Shown: piece by piece, positions 26,201 to 39,988 of the stretch
Layout: every line of letters begins with the position of its first letter
How positions within the stretch are numbered: position 1 is the stretch's first letter
NCBI GenBank assembly: GCA_964276515.1
Contig: OZ193909.1
Coordinates: 17,422,001 to 17,486,000, forward strand
Reading direction: 5' to 3'
DNA from: Gordius albopunctatus
Taxonomy: Eukaryota
DNA: 64,000 nucleotides
Made by a program: the position numbers and the translations under genes
Notes under the pieces: generated by a model
The model's input: the letters and a program-made list of their open reading frames with translations, nothing else
Databases searched by the model: none
Told to the model about the DNA's origin: nothing

Positions 26201-29200
26201 CAAGAGCTCCGTAAATTCTTGAATCCTGTTTTCTCTACCAAATGCATCCGAACCCTGTAAGTAACAACAAACCCTTATAATTTGCCCCTTACACAAGCAC
26301 AAAATTATGAACACAACTTAGTTTAAATCAATCAACGTCTAGCTAGGCATGGGGGGGGGGGGGGCAAACCCAAAATCCTTCCTTTTCACCAACTTCCGCA
26401 TTATTGTTGTGGTTTGCTTTTCAAATTTCCACCAAGACTAAAGGTCGACTAAACCCAGGGTCGGCCTAAAATTGCGTGTTTGATTATAACCGAGGAAAAA
26501 AAAGATATTAATAACCCCTTTCAGGAGTGCCCCAATTAAAATAAAAGTACGCCGCTGTAATTAGCGTCATTAGAGACTAATTTGACTATATATATATCCC
26601 CATCTTTTTTAGCATTAGTACCTCCTTGGAATTGTTATGTATCAACCCAAATTATTATTATTAGATTCCTCCAAACCCCTAATAAAATATTGGTAAAATT
26701 CCTGGTTGCATAGAGAGTCTTGATAAATGCTACCTGCAATAATTTGTAGAGGTCTAGATTAGAAAGGGTGCCCAGTGATGTTCCTTGGAATGCAGGGTCC
26801 GAGGCCAAAGCCTGGAATTTGGCTTGCCAAGCGGCTAAAATTTCGCGCGCCGTTTGGCAGGTCCATTGGTTATAAGCTAAGGATGATATTTTGGAAGTGG
26901 ATTCCCAGTAATGGAATAGATCCTCTTCCGACATTAGTTGAATCGTTGTTTGCAAAGCCCTTCTATATTATGTTGTTTGCTTAAATTAATTTTGTAATCG
27001 ATGATAATTAAAGAGTGCTTTGTATTGCGTAATTGTGACAATATCCTTATTGATTATTGTCATATATGTCACATATGGATTCGTTGAAGACGAGCAACGA
27101 GAGGCGCGGCATTGACCAGTTGCGGGACGATAGCAAGTGAGAGACAAAATAGATCTAGGAAGAGTAACGGGAAGGACGCAAAGGAGAATAACAACTGGCG
27201 CGGGACACACAAAGAGAGTATTATCAGAGGCAATAACAACTGGTGCAAGACACGAGAAGAAAAGAAGTGTATCCGAATAAAAGGGAACATCGGCGCACAG
27301 ACAATATCAATTAATAAATTTTCTTGAATATAAATCGTTTGTGGCATAATTTTTACTTGAAATAAAATATTTATCGGAAGTACGATTTATTCGAGGACGA
27401 ATTATTCTCTGATCTAATTTTGGACTTACGATTTAGTCACGGACATAATAATTATTATTATCAATATGTACCACTTGCGAAGGGACTATAATTAGATAGG
27501 TCTCTAATGATTGCGTTTTTTTAATATATATATTTGATCTTTAAGCAAAACGTTCCTAAGAATGGAAAAAGTATATGAAAATTACTGCAAAAACAACCTC
27601 GCGTTTTGAGGGTTCATTATTTAAGTCATAATTCAACTACGATTGCAATTCTTTGGCGATTTTATGAGGGGTTTTAAATCCCAAACAGCCTTTAAAGAAA
27701 GGCTATTTTTTGTTTTTTAAGGCTGCAAATAATAGTAAGATGCAAGGCTCGAGATTTTAATGCTTCAAGTTTTTCACACGACACAATTTGGAATGTCCCT
27801 TTAAAAACTAAATTTTAAAATAGACAATTCAAATTAGTTATAACGCGTTTTTTTAGTATACCATTTAATAAATTTACAGGCGTTAAAAAATTTGAATTGA
27901 GAAATATTAGCTCCAATTACTTTTATGGGTTAAAAAACCCATTGAGCAATATAATATTTAAACAGCCCCCGAACCACAAAACTATAAAGCGCAGTCTTTA
28001 CTATCATATTAAAAAATTACATTTTCCGTTTTGGGCCAAGCTTTTGGTCGGTCGGGATCTGGTGGTCTACGATCAAATCTTTGGGCCATCTCATCACTTT
28101 CTCGTACATACCGGTACAGCCCGTCGATAAAATAGGTTCGAGATTCAATGTCTGTAATACATGAAAGCACGATTTGAAAATATTTTAAAAATCAGCTATG
28201 GAACAAGGAGAGACTAATAAATCGAGTGTTCATCTCTTATATATTCCCGCATCAAAAGTGTCCCCAAAAACGACCGCCATTTTTATAAGTGAAGTAGAGT
28301 TTGTTTTGTATAGCGATGGATTGCATTGGACAATATTCATTGACCTTATAACATGAAACAACAACCCATTTTAATCATAGCAATTTTAAAAATTTATCAA
28401 ACCATATAAATCGGACAAAATTCATGTTTCACTTATCAAAATGGCTGCCAAAATGGGGTACACTTTTTAAAAGGGAATGAGCAGTCTATTAGTCTGTGGG
28501 AACAAGTGTCACCATGTGCATAGCCAGGATTGGAACTAATAATTTTAAAATTTTTGTCATAAATATCTAAGATTTTGAAGAAATTGTGGATTAGTAATCT
28601 TTAATATTCACCATATATATCCACAATTTATCTCTAAATATTTGTTGTATACTAATTTATTGTTTCATAAATATCTAAGATTTTGAAGAAATTGTGGATT
28701 AGTAATCTTTAATATTCACCATATATATCCACAATTTATCTCTAAATATTTGTTGTATACTAATTTATTGTTAAGGTTATTATACAAAACTTATAAGTTA
28801 TGATCTTATTTGATTTTCACTTTAGCCCCCCCCCCCCCCCAAATCAAAAACCTGCGTACGCCCGTGCTCTATATCAAGAATTATGCCTTCGATAAAGCTT
28901 AATCTAATTTTAGAAATTAAAATCTTTTTCCAAGGAGAGAAAACTTTAATTATTTTATATTGAACATTGTAATTCCGATCATCATCTTTTAAGAGTTTAT
29001 AATCCCATTTTAATGGTGGGGTCTTTACAGAAAACGTTAATTATTTCATTTTCAAGAATGTAATTCCGATCATCTTTTAAGAGTTTATAATCCCTTCGAT
29101 CATCTTTTAGGAGTTTATAAGGGGGGGGGGCTTTAAAATCAATTTTACGCTGTTCAGTTTTGCTGGGCATTTGGGGTCTTTCCAATTGAGACAAGGTTTC

Positions 29201-32200
29201 TTGACGTATCCACCATTAAGTCCAGCCTAAACAAATATTATTTTATTTGTCAATAGCGATACACAAAAATTTTAAAAGTGCAAGTTTTTTATACCAAAAT
29301 TGCGAATATAAATTAAAACGATTGAAGGCCGTCTCACTTTACTCATGAATTCGTCCAATTGATCTAGATTAATGTGAATCGAACTTGATTGAATCTTCCG
29401 AACCAGGTCGCCAGGGTACAAGGATTCGAAACTTAGATCCATAGATTGCCCATCTGGAAGACTGCAATTTTCAATGAAAAAACGTTGCTTCACATTTACG
29501 AGTAAGAGCGTACGATATCTTTCTTAAAATATATTTCATAATGTTCACAAGCGTTTCTCTAGAGTCTACCGCCCTACTCTATGTGTACGTTGATTTATAA
29601 AATTGATAACGAGCTTCACCGCTTCTAATGTCAAGCATACAATTTTAGTAAGGAGAAAAATCTAGGTTTGCTGACGTAACCTTATAGCATAGGTTAGGTT
29701 TTCTAAGAACCTCCGAGCTCTCATCACGCGCCTATCTTTAAAGCGAAGTACTAGCTGCAAATAAAGCAAAAACATTTAGACGAATATTTTCCTATAATTC
29801 CCTTTTATACAATGCCTACAAAAAGTGATAAAATGTAGAAGTCCAACTTGAAGGTTTTTGTGCATCCCCCAAGTAATATTAAGGTCGGACAGTCAGACGC
29901 GACATCGAACAATATACATAATTTAGGGATTGTCCGCGATAATAATTGTGTTAGATGGCCGCCTTACGGTAATTGATTTATAGTTTGTTTGTGAATTTTG
30001 GCTCCCTCCCAGAAGCAGTCCAGGGGCGTAACGATCGAACACGGGGTCAGGTGGTCGGCCAACTATCGAAATCATGAGTAATAATTAAAAATACAACTAC
30101 TTCAAAGTATTTGCGTGCGGGTAATTTCGCGAATTTCAAAGTTAATAAACTCTCGTGATATTGTACCTTCTGAGATAGGTAAGACATTTTGGGGATGTTG
30201 GGCCTGTAGCAAATATCCCTCAAAGTCCATTTCCTAATAATTGTACAATTAAAATAGGATTTACACAAATTTTAGACATAATTTAATGTGTAATTGATAA
30301 AAGATTATGATGATACTTAAATCTTTGTCGTCGTCAGAAGCTAAATATTAGTGACAACCTTTGGTTAAACTAACTCTGGCCTATTTTGCGAAACGACCAA
30401 GTCTAGAGGTCATCTAAGAAAGGGTTGACCAAACAAAAGTCAGCCCTGTTTACAACACTACTAGATGTCTAGATTTTATAAAGTGCCAGTCCACGTGTAT
30501 TTTTAATAAAATCTACCAAGCCACCGTGGTTTAGTTTGCTTTAAGCATGCCCAAGTCAGCACGCTCAATTTCAATTTATTCGTATTCATCCTCATCTATT
30601 ACCATATTTTTACAGTTAGCGCTTCACTCTATTACATAAACTTATCAAAATTTTACAAAGTTTTTCATACCTATACATATATAAAGTAAAGTCTATGTAT
30701 GTATGATGTGTGTAAGGGCTAAATTCTGAAACTACCGGAACTTTACCCGTAGGTTCCCAGGGCGGCCAGGGGTAAAATAGCTTTTTCAGAATCCTAAAAT
30801 TCCTTTTAGTTTTAAAAAATGGCTTAATTCTAAAACTACCGCCCCGATTCGCGCGAAAATTTAGCCGTAGGTGCCCAGGACGGCCAGGGGTAAAGTAGCT
30901 TTTAATACCTTTTAGTTTTAAAAATATCGGACATTTCCCGGCCAGATTAATTTATAGCATCATATACAATAATGACGTCATATATACAAGGCTGAAGTTT
31001 TATCGAATTAGATATTTAAAAGTATAATAAAAATGTTACAGTCTACGGTCAAAATTATTGGGGTTTAACAAACTATTTAAATTAAATAAATAATATTTAA
31101 ATTATTATCACGTGGTCGATCATAGAAGCATATTTTTAATAATTATCCATCCTTTAATTAATTAATTATTTTATTATATTAAAGAAAATTGTATTTTAAA
31201 TAAATCAGCTAACTAGGAAAATAAAATAATGGTATTATTGTATAATAAGTAACATCATTAATCAGCAATTTTTTCAAAAACATTTAATTTTAGTGGGATT
31301 TGATGACTAAAACAGAATTGGCATTTAGTTTGTCTTATTATATGTATACTAAAAATAGTGGGTTCATAAAATGCATGACGTGATATTATTCGTGCTCTAA
31401 ATAAATATTATGGATATTTTATTTATTTGAATTATTATTTCATCTTTAGGTTATACTTATTTAACCACTTAAGGACTTGAGCCAAAGCAACGCTTGGCCG
31501 GGCACAGCTAGTTAATTATAAAAAAATGAATGAACAAAGAAATCTTCCCTTACGGCAACTTTCTATGAATCCCTTAAACAGTCTAATTTACGAAATGACC
31601 ATGACCAATTTAGCGTCTGCCTTCGAGGGCTAATAAATAATTTTAAATTAAAACTCAAATCGAGATTCGCAAGCTAGTTTGTACGTAGTAAATTACGTAC
31701 GTATCGTGGACTTCGACTTCGATGGTGGTAGCCAGTTGCACGACCCGCAAATGTTGCAAAAGTTTGAAACGATCCAGCTGATCGTCGCCATCTTGTTCCG
31801 TCGCAGGGGGTGGCGGCCATGTTTGAATGAGAGAATGTTGACTGACCCCGCTCGCGCTGATTGGCTGACCGTCATTTACATCCGCCGTGAGCTGGCTCGC
31901 GGTTAGTCCATTTTTCGGCGTGACCAGCCTTCGCCCTCCTCCGATTGGCCACGTGGGATCTACATTACGTGGCGTAGCAATTTATTAGTCGTGATGCGAC
32001 TCAATTTGGCGGCCATATTAAAAAAAACAAGAATAAAATTTATAGGCACAAAGTCCTCTCACCTATCTTCCCTTCGCTATTCTCAAACATCGAGAGCTAT
32101 AATTTCGAAGGAAATTAATAACTTTTGTTTTGCAAGATAAATATTATCAAATTTTTAGGCTAAACTAAGCGTTGAGAATAACTTTTTTAAATTAAAACAC

Positions 32201-35200
32201 CACTGTTAGGGTTTAAATCATAAAGATATGTCCAAGCCACTTTTTGTAGTATTTTTGATCTCTAACCTTAAATCAATAAAATTTTTGACCGGAAGAGGGG
32301 GAGTATGTATAGAGCCCTGCCGGGCCGTGCTTCGAGCAGAATTAATAAAACAATCGGGCCTCGGGTCGGGCCTGATGAGGCCGCCCGCCTTAAGGCCCGA
32401 GCCCGGCCCGATATGACTAAGGCAAACTAATCTTTTATAAAATATGATTTAAACAAACTCAACTCGATATTAAAAAATTATTCAGCTTTTTCCCCTTATT
32501 TATAATATTTTGACCTAAATTGCAAATCTTATTCTAGTATTTAAATAAATTCATAGTAGCTATTACTTTAGAAATTAAATAAGGAAATTTTTTAAAAGGT
32601 TTTTTATTTGGAACTGTTAGATAAAAAATATTTTATAAAGTTAAATTTCCAATTTTAAATTATTGGCTGAATAAATTGTAGCGAGTGAAAATTAAAATTT
32701 TATTTCAAACTTATCCTAGTTGTAAATTACGATTAATAACAATTTAATGCATTATGTATTTATATGGTAAATGAAATTTTCGAAAATTTTGGTCGGGCTG
32801 AGATCGGGCCGGGTTCGGGCAGAAAAAAAAGAATTATGTATAAAAAGAGGTAAAGTTAGACCCTTTAGACCACACACAACACAAAACCTTATTTAACAAA
32901 CTCCTTTATAACTGGCGTATCACCCTTTGTTCCAAATAGAATTCCCAGCTGTTTTTAAAAAAAACCCATTATAACTACTCACTCACTATGAGAATAAAAA
33001 TTAGCTAATTAAGAGCACTCATTAAAATAGAATCTTAAGGGTAATATCCACGGGGTAGCCAGGGGCTGGGTGGCAAGGAGGGGCAGGGCCGGCGGCCCTA
33101 CTCTAAATTTAAAATTCTTCAAAATTTAATATAATTATATGGGTAAAATTAAACAAAAACTATCATTATGCCCCCTCCCCCCATACAATCCTGAGATTAC
33201 GCCTGTTTTGAGCTATAATATTAAATCAATTTCGACATTTAACTTGATAAACTTCCTCCTCTCCTTCGTTGTTATTTAGTAGTATGCTGCTAGGTTTGTA
33301 AAAGCAACTGGCAAATCACGAATTTAATTTTAAAATACTTTCTTTGCGTTTATTAATTTACATATTATTTTTCATTTTAACGGTTTGTAATGTAAAATAT
33401 TGATTAGTTTTTTTTGACAAAAATTAGATTATTATAAGCTTTGGCAGGTGTTTTGCCAAGGATTGGACGGGCTAAAACTTAGAATTCTAATAAAAATTTC
33501 TATTCCTCCTGAAATTTTTTTAATTTATTTTTCAGGTGCTAGGAATTAAATTAAGAGCCCTGCAATTGGTTCATATTTTTGATCGCAACACAATTGTGTT
33601 GTAGAAACGTCTGCATTTTGTTTGGTCGCGAGACCTTTAATTTTAGTCAGCTAAACATAAATAGAGCAAAGGCTTGACGCATAGGCTAATAAAACCATAG
33701 ACTACCGAACAGCTGATAGTTTTCCACCAAATATAGCAAGCGCCATTTTGTGGGAAATTGCAACCAAACATTAGAATTCAGCACAATTTATTGTTCTGAT
33801 TTACTTATTTGTTTTAATTTATAAATTAAGCTAATAGTATTATTTACTTTCTTGAATATTATATCGTGGAGAAGTATAAAAATACCTGTTATTGAGTTTT
33901 TCCTCAAAGATGGCAGCTATTTTGGTGTCTGAATGATTTTAATAGTGAGAATCAGGTGTTCGGCAGTCTAAGGTTTAATAAGTTTGACCAAAATAATCAG
34001 CTGTTTTCACAACTCTACTACACAATTAGGATGATTACTTTTATATCCGAGAAAATGATTAGGTATTATATGGTGTTTTACGTTGAAATTGTAACGATGC
34101 TTACAAAAATACTATTAGGCATTATTACTATTGCGCCATGATGTAGTAAATTGTGAGAGGGACGCTACAAAATCAGTTGGCTTAAATATTTAGATAAAAA
34201 TTAATTGATGAAAGTGAGATTGATTTAGGTAGGGGCAAATCAATTTTATAGCAATTTTAGCCAAAATATATTAAATTATAAAGATTTTTAGAGGGGCGGG
34301 CGTGTAGCCAGGATTTTCTCAAAGGGGTGGGGGTGGGGGGAAATTCAAAAAAAATTTCGACACTTTTATTCATAATGTAACAAAAATAAACTTCGCGTAC
34401 AATACACCAGCTTTGGAAAAATCTCTTATCTCAGAGCATTTACTATCATCGCTTTTATACCTTAAAAAAGGAGATGGACTTTATGCAAGTTATTCAACTG
34501 GCACAAAATATCATCATTTAGGTAAAATTGAATAATGGCGGAAACAAAAGCAAAATTATATGTGTTTGATCTGAAAAAATTCTCAAGTTGGTAATAAGCA
34601 AAATTATACAGTCACTCAATCTGTTTACTTGCCATTTTTTAGTACAGCTAAATGAACGGTGTTTAGATAAACAAAAACAAGTTTTTCATAATTTACAATC
34701 CATGGTGGAAAATTATAATGGTGGGGGTGGGTGCAAGCTTTTAGGTGAAAATTAAATTGGGAAAATTTAATGAATACATTAGAGACCTGCAACGGGTCTA
34801 TTTTGCTTGGTCGACCCGCCCGCTTAAAAAATTTCTAGGCCCGGCCCGCTGAAAAAAGAAAAATTTGGCCCCGGCCCGGCCCCAAACAATTCTTGCCAAA
34901 CCCAGGCCCGTAGAAATTTTTTTTGCAAATTTTTAAACGATTGTTATTTTTTTATTAAAAAGTTAATTCAATTTTCAGTAATATATGTTACAAACATCAA
35001 TAATAATCATGTAAAAACAATACATCGTTAATTATTTCCGGTCTTAATCGGGTTCTTCTCTCTTCTAATAAGCGACCAGCCGTCAAGTCTTACTTATAAA
35101 GTATCAATTCAAATTTCGCAGTAAAGGAAAAGTAAGTGTTTGTGTTGCGTATTAGGACACAAAAAAAATAAATTTAAATTAATAAAAGAACAGTTTATAT

Positions 35201-36116
35201 ATAAGAAGTTTGTCTTTGTTTAAGTTCTAATTATTTTAAAGTATTTATTACTACACAAATAAAAAATTAGCTATTTTGCAACGAGCTTTTAACGGTCCTA
35301 GCTAAATCTAGGCCCGGCCCGCTTGATTTGTTGGCCCGCCCAAGCCTGGCCCGTTATTTTTTTTAAAGTCCAAAGCCCGCCCATACCCGGCCCGCGGACC
35401 GGGCCGTGCAGGTCTCTAGTATACATTATGTTTCCAGGATTTTATAAGTGTCTCAAAATCTTTTATGCAACAACCCATTTAATCTAATTTTATGAATCCC
35501 AAAAAATTTCAAATTTCGCCCACTTGACTACGCGCCTGTATAGGGGTGTAGCCCCCTCCCTCCCTGGCTACGCACATGATATCTAACGTCATATTTTAAA
35601 ATAGTTAAATTCATTTACCGTAAATCCAAAGGCTTGAGAATGGTGCAATTTTCCATTGCTTGAGGAAGAAAGCTAAGGTTAAGGGGGTGAATAGGAGAAT
35701 CCAAACGAATAGATAAGTAACGTAAGTTCGTTTTATACTTGTGCCCAACTTCCTAAACTGACTTTCTAGGGAATTGTGGCGTCTTAAACTCCGCAAATTC
35801 CAATGTACTAACGTAGGCCCCTCCAAATTTAATTCCTAACACAATTCAAGATTACTTTTTTTGCTAATCATTTATTATTTTTATAAAATACTGTGAAGAT
35901 GAAATAAAAAAAGTTAAAAATTATAAATATTTGGAAAAGATTGTGGTATATGGCGATTGAATTATTACAGATAGTTATGACTTGTCATTTTAAACTTTGA
36001 AATGGTTTAAAATGACATTTGTATGATAAATAATATACTCGAATGTGTTTGAGAATGAGCCCACTTCTATTCCATATCGTTTTGTGAAGTATGTTTTGGC
36101 AATCCATTTCTTTCAT
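17237..36116 (-). CDS. ptc: Patched (Hedgehog receptor family, 12-TM RND/SSD protein), divergent, about 23 coding exons
   Basis: Collinear Patched signatures on spliceable exons: 36116-36039 ([18 protein letters not shown]), 35835-35619 (TM1...SLWIY), 31959-31701 (SLIQT...[12 protein letters not shown]), 30233-~30167 (WTLRDICY), 30062-~29969 ([19 protein letters not shown]), 29226-29149 (GYVKKPCLN), ~28151-28021 ([18 protein letters not shown]), ~26962-26733 (ALQTTIQLM...LAAWQAKF), SSD exons ~26255-24176, ~23787-23043 (FWLSNFR), ~22477 ([10 protein letters not shown]), ~21908-21728 ([25 protein letters not shown]), TM8-12 exons ~21340-18747, and tail exons 18474-~18106 and ~17502-17237 ending [11 protein letters not shown] (resembles the C-terminal motif of Ptc/PTCH1). 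Some boundaries are approximate. Confidence 0.93.
19489..19847. mobile_element. hAT-type MITE, same family as 16313-16715, opposite orientation, intronic in patched
   Basis: CAGAGACCAGATTTG...CAAATCTGACCTCTG with a perfect TSD GTTTGTCC (19481-19488, 19848-19855). Confidence 0.9.
28557..28772. repeat. Tandem duplication, 2 x 108 bp, intronic
   Basis: TCATAAATATCTAAGATTTTG...TAATTTATTGTT starts at 28557 and again at 28665. No differences seen by eye. Confidence 0.9.
30670..31511 (+). mobile_element. Non-autonomous Helitron derivative, intronic in patched
   Basis: 5' end CCTATACATATATAAAG (TC start apparently mutated) followed by (GTAT)n. The 3' end has the hairpin GCCAAAGCAACGCTTGGC then CTAG|T. 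Internal duplication of about 100 bp at 30717-30925. Confidence 0.7.
34780..35418. mobile_element. hAT-type MITE nested in another MITE (about 34297-35538), itself inside a third
   Basis: TAGAGACCTGCA...TGCAGGTCTCTA with TSD GAATACAT/GTATACAT. The outer element CGGGCGTGTAGC...GACTACGCGCCTG has TSD TAGAGGGG/TATAGGGG. Confidence 0.8.
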
Positions 36117-39100
36117 ATGATTTGTAAGAATTAGAATAATTTAGAGATATTTTTGCCTGAGAGTAACTAAGGGGAAGGGTGGGGTTTGTAATAAAAATCA
36201 ATTTTTAAATTTCTCTATTATATTCCATCATAAATCTCATGGCGTAGTAGGAGGTCCTAACAAAGCCTGTGGTGGTATATCATGCTAAATTATAAAATTT
36301 AATCTATAAATATAAAATGTGTGGGAGGCGGATTATAGTAGAAAAAAATAAAGTATAAGTTTTGCTATTATACAAACGCGCAGAGTATTCTCTCTCATTC
36401 ATTCATTCATTACTCTCCCGTTTGCTTGCCTTTCAAAAGTCTCTCTCTCTCAATACTATTGCTGCTGGGTGGTCTTCCTTTTATTCCCTTAGCATAATCA
36501 AGTCTGACGCCAGCCAACTAAACATCATAATGGAAAATTGACCCTTAACGATCGATGCATTGAAATTATTAGTGATTTATTATATTGATCAGTATCGACA
36601 GTTTCCGATAACTCCAATCAGCTGTTAAATTTTTAAGTACATTTTAGGTTGAGGCATCGTTTTTAATAGTTTTACATACAACAAACAAACATATACCTTT
36701 CTCTCTTATAAAATGGATGACGAAAATAGCCTAAAGGCTAAGGCACCCCTTCCCTTTAAATGCATCGCGTGATGGTCTGTTGTTAAAAGATGAATGAGTA
36801 ATAGTAGTGTAATCTTGCCTGCCCCACCCCCTTCGCCTCCTTCCTTATAGACTATGTCTGGCTGGGGGGTCAGATAGACCCTTGCTGCCCCTCCACTACT
36901 TAGTCAAAGGCGTTTTTATATAAAACACATGTATGTGGTTGTATGTATTATTATTTTCCATCTTTATTTTTTGCTAATTAAACCTTGGTACCCAGTAGCA
37001 TTAGAATTAGAGGGGGGGGGGTAAAATGGAAATTTGGGCCATAATTTTACGAAAATACAAAGATTTTTGATTCTTATTCAAAAAGAAAGCTGATCATTTC
37101 GAAAGCCAAGCAAATCTAATTGAGAACCATTACCCTAACTCCATAAGACATCAAGTATTTTTCATTAGCTTTCGATCTGATAAGCTTTCTTTTTGAATAG
37201 AAACGAGATTTTTTTGGATTTAGAGGGGGGGCAGCCGCCCCCTGGCTACCCACATGCTTCCCTTTTAGCACAATTTAAAAACGCGTTTTGTCTTGTTGAA
37301 TAATGAATATAGGCTTTTTGTTCTAAAAATATCAGTTTGTAAAATGATTTTTAAATCTATAATTTTTGGTGCAAGTTTTTTTCGTTTAATTTCAACCAAA
37401 ATGATTCTAATCTCAACATATTTTGATTTTAATTTTTCAAAACAATTTCAGATTTGATCAGAAAAAAATAACTTCAACTATAAATAACATTGGCTGAAAT
37501 TTTTATGGTAACATCTGTGTGTCAGGGCTAGTAGATACTTAAATATTCTTTTGCAAATCTTGCAAAATAAAAGTTCATAGGCTTTATAAAGATTGATTTA
37601 TAGCCTATTTTCTACCACATTTAAAGGATTTTAGTTTTCAAATAGCCAAAATTTATAATTTATTCTAAAAGGAGGAGAGCTTTGCTTTCAATGGGCCTAC
37701 CAGATGTTATAATTATACAATGTATATATCCTTAAATTATGCATGCATTATATAAGATTGTATTGTATGTAATAGAAGGAATTTTTTCCAAGAAAAACAT
37801 AAATGATTTTGGGGAATTTTTTTTATTATTGTACCTAGAGATATACTTATATATATGTCTGTGCCTTACTTAGACCACCTATGTTGTTTACTTATCGTCA
37901 TAATATCCATAAATTAGCCGATGCGGCTGCCCGCTCTATATCCAAAATTTTGTTGAAATTTATTAAAATTATGGCTAAAATTTTTAAAAATGTTCATTTT
38001 GCCCCCCCCCTTCTAATTCCAATGCTGCCTACGCCCATGATGCCCTACCCCACATCATAAGAGGGATTAAATGCCCCCCCCCCAAATTAGACAAAAAACT
38101 GGGCGTGCCCCCCCCCCTAAATGAAGGAAAAAAAATTTTCCTATGCAAAAACACTTAAAAATTATATTTTGCCCATCCCTAATCCAAAACCTTGCTGCGC
38201 CCATGAGCTGATATTAACACTGAATTGCCCTGGTCAGGTGTATTCAAAATAAAAAGCAGAATTTTTGAGGTTAATAATTTATATTGAATGACCAGGAAAA
38301 CAAAAAAAAAAACAGAATTAGCCCAGTAATTGTGTATCTATGTAAAGGATAATTTATTGAAATTTTTTAAAATTGACTGAAATATTCGATAAAATTTAAA
38401 ATAAAAAGTTAGACTTAATTTTCCCAGTCGACCGAACTACATTTCGGCATTTGAGACATAGAACTGGTTTGAACTATGGACCAAAGACCAGAAAAGCCCG
38501 TCCGGCACGGCCCACGGGTCGGGCAAACTATCGTAAAATTAAACTTTCGGGTTGAGCCAGGCGGGCATTATAAGATTTTTATTAAAGAGTAATATTTTGT
38601 TTTCTCACTTATTGTTTAATATTTATTAATTGTAGGTTTTATCCAACAAAAAATCCTGAATAATTTTTACGAGTATTTAACAAGATTAATGGTAATTTCG
38701 GGGCGAGCTGTCCGGGCAGCTCTAATGATTCGGTCATAGCCGGACGGACATTTAGAAGGGTTCAAGCGGGCCCGGGTAGGAACTTTAGGTAGAAAACAGG
38801 ACAAACAAATGAGATCTCTGCTATGTATATCTATTTTTTCACACAAGAGAAAAAAGACGACAAATGCATAAAGTATTTGAACATAATTTTCCAGTATTCT
38901 ACTTGCAGGTGCAACCACTTAAACATGCAACATTTGCACTCTAAATTTACAATGCCAGGATTTCATACTTTATTGAAAAATTAACATTTAATTATTCGGA
39001 TACAGGCAGCGGCATGTGAAGCGGAGGGGTCATAAAAATCAAGCATTAATAGTGAGGTTAAATATTATGATAACGCGAAAAGAGTTTATTCAATCGTGGG

Positions 39101-39988
39101 TTAAAGAATAAAAAATTTTAATCCATTAAGTAATAACTTTTAAAAAGGCGGCAACATGTTCCATATATAATGGAGAAATACAAAATATAAAGGATTGCCG
39201 TATGGAACGAAATATATTGAAAATTAGTCTTTTTTGCTAAAGCGGAGGTGTAACAATATAAACCTAAATCTATAATGTGTACCCTATAGAACTGACATTA
39301 ATTTTGGGTGCAGTTTTACAATTAGCGGTATATATTGTGAAAATTATATATTATAGATACACAAGAGATTGTATTAAAATGTAGTACTCCAATTCGACAT
39401 CATTTTATGATAATGGGAATAAGTACAAGTTAGAGAACATTGTAATTTGTACTTTGAAGTATAAGTGGCTGCCCAAGAAGGGTTTTCAGATAGTAATTAA
39501 AGGATAAAAGATTAATTTGTAATATAACTTGTTTTCACAAAAACGTATTTAACTACAAATTTGACAGCTCATACATGTCCTTTTCCAGCCAGGTTTTCAT
39601 TTCTCAATATTTCCTATAAATAATAATCCAGTGAAATTACAATTTTTGGGGTAAAGGGAACCCATTAAAACGAAATTATATCATACAAAAAGGGTAGCGT
39701 AAATATAAAATTTTTTGAGCCATTCAAGGTGGATGACGTTATCGGTGATAGTCAGACAAACCTATCATGCATTATAAATAGTATGAAGCAAACAATTATG
39801 TGCATGGGTAGAAGGGTGAGTAATAATTGGGGGGGGGGGGGGCGAGTAGTGCTGTGAAAAGGGGTGGGTGGTTTTGTTTAGGCGACCTTTGGTTTTAGTG
39901 GACTAAACATAAAACGGAGCAAAGATTTTTTGGTGTCTGTTAAGCCACCCCCTTTTACAGCAGTAGTAGAGTGCTGAGGAGCAGCTAT

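Noticed and set aside
26986..27347. Cluster of overlapping short ORFs in a patched intron
   Set aside because: No motifs. More likely a repeat or solo-LTR-like fragment that I cannot classify from this window.
31700..32020. CpG-rich patch with CCAAT and YY1-like GCCAT motifs suggesting a promoter
   Set aside because: It is explained as patched coding exon 31959-31701 in a frame not shown in the ORF track.
33240..33310. Possible patched exon ([11 protein letters not shown])
   Set aside because: Its phase is incompatible, and exon 35835-35619 splices in frame directly to 31959.
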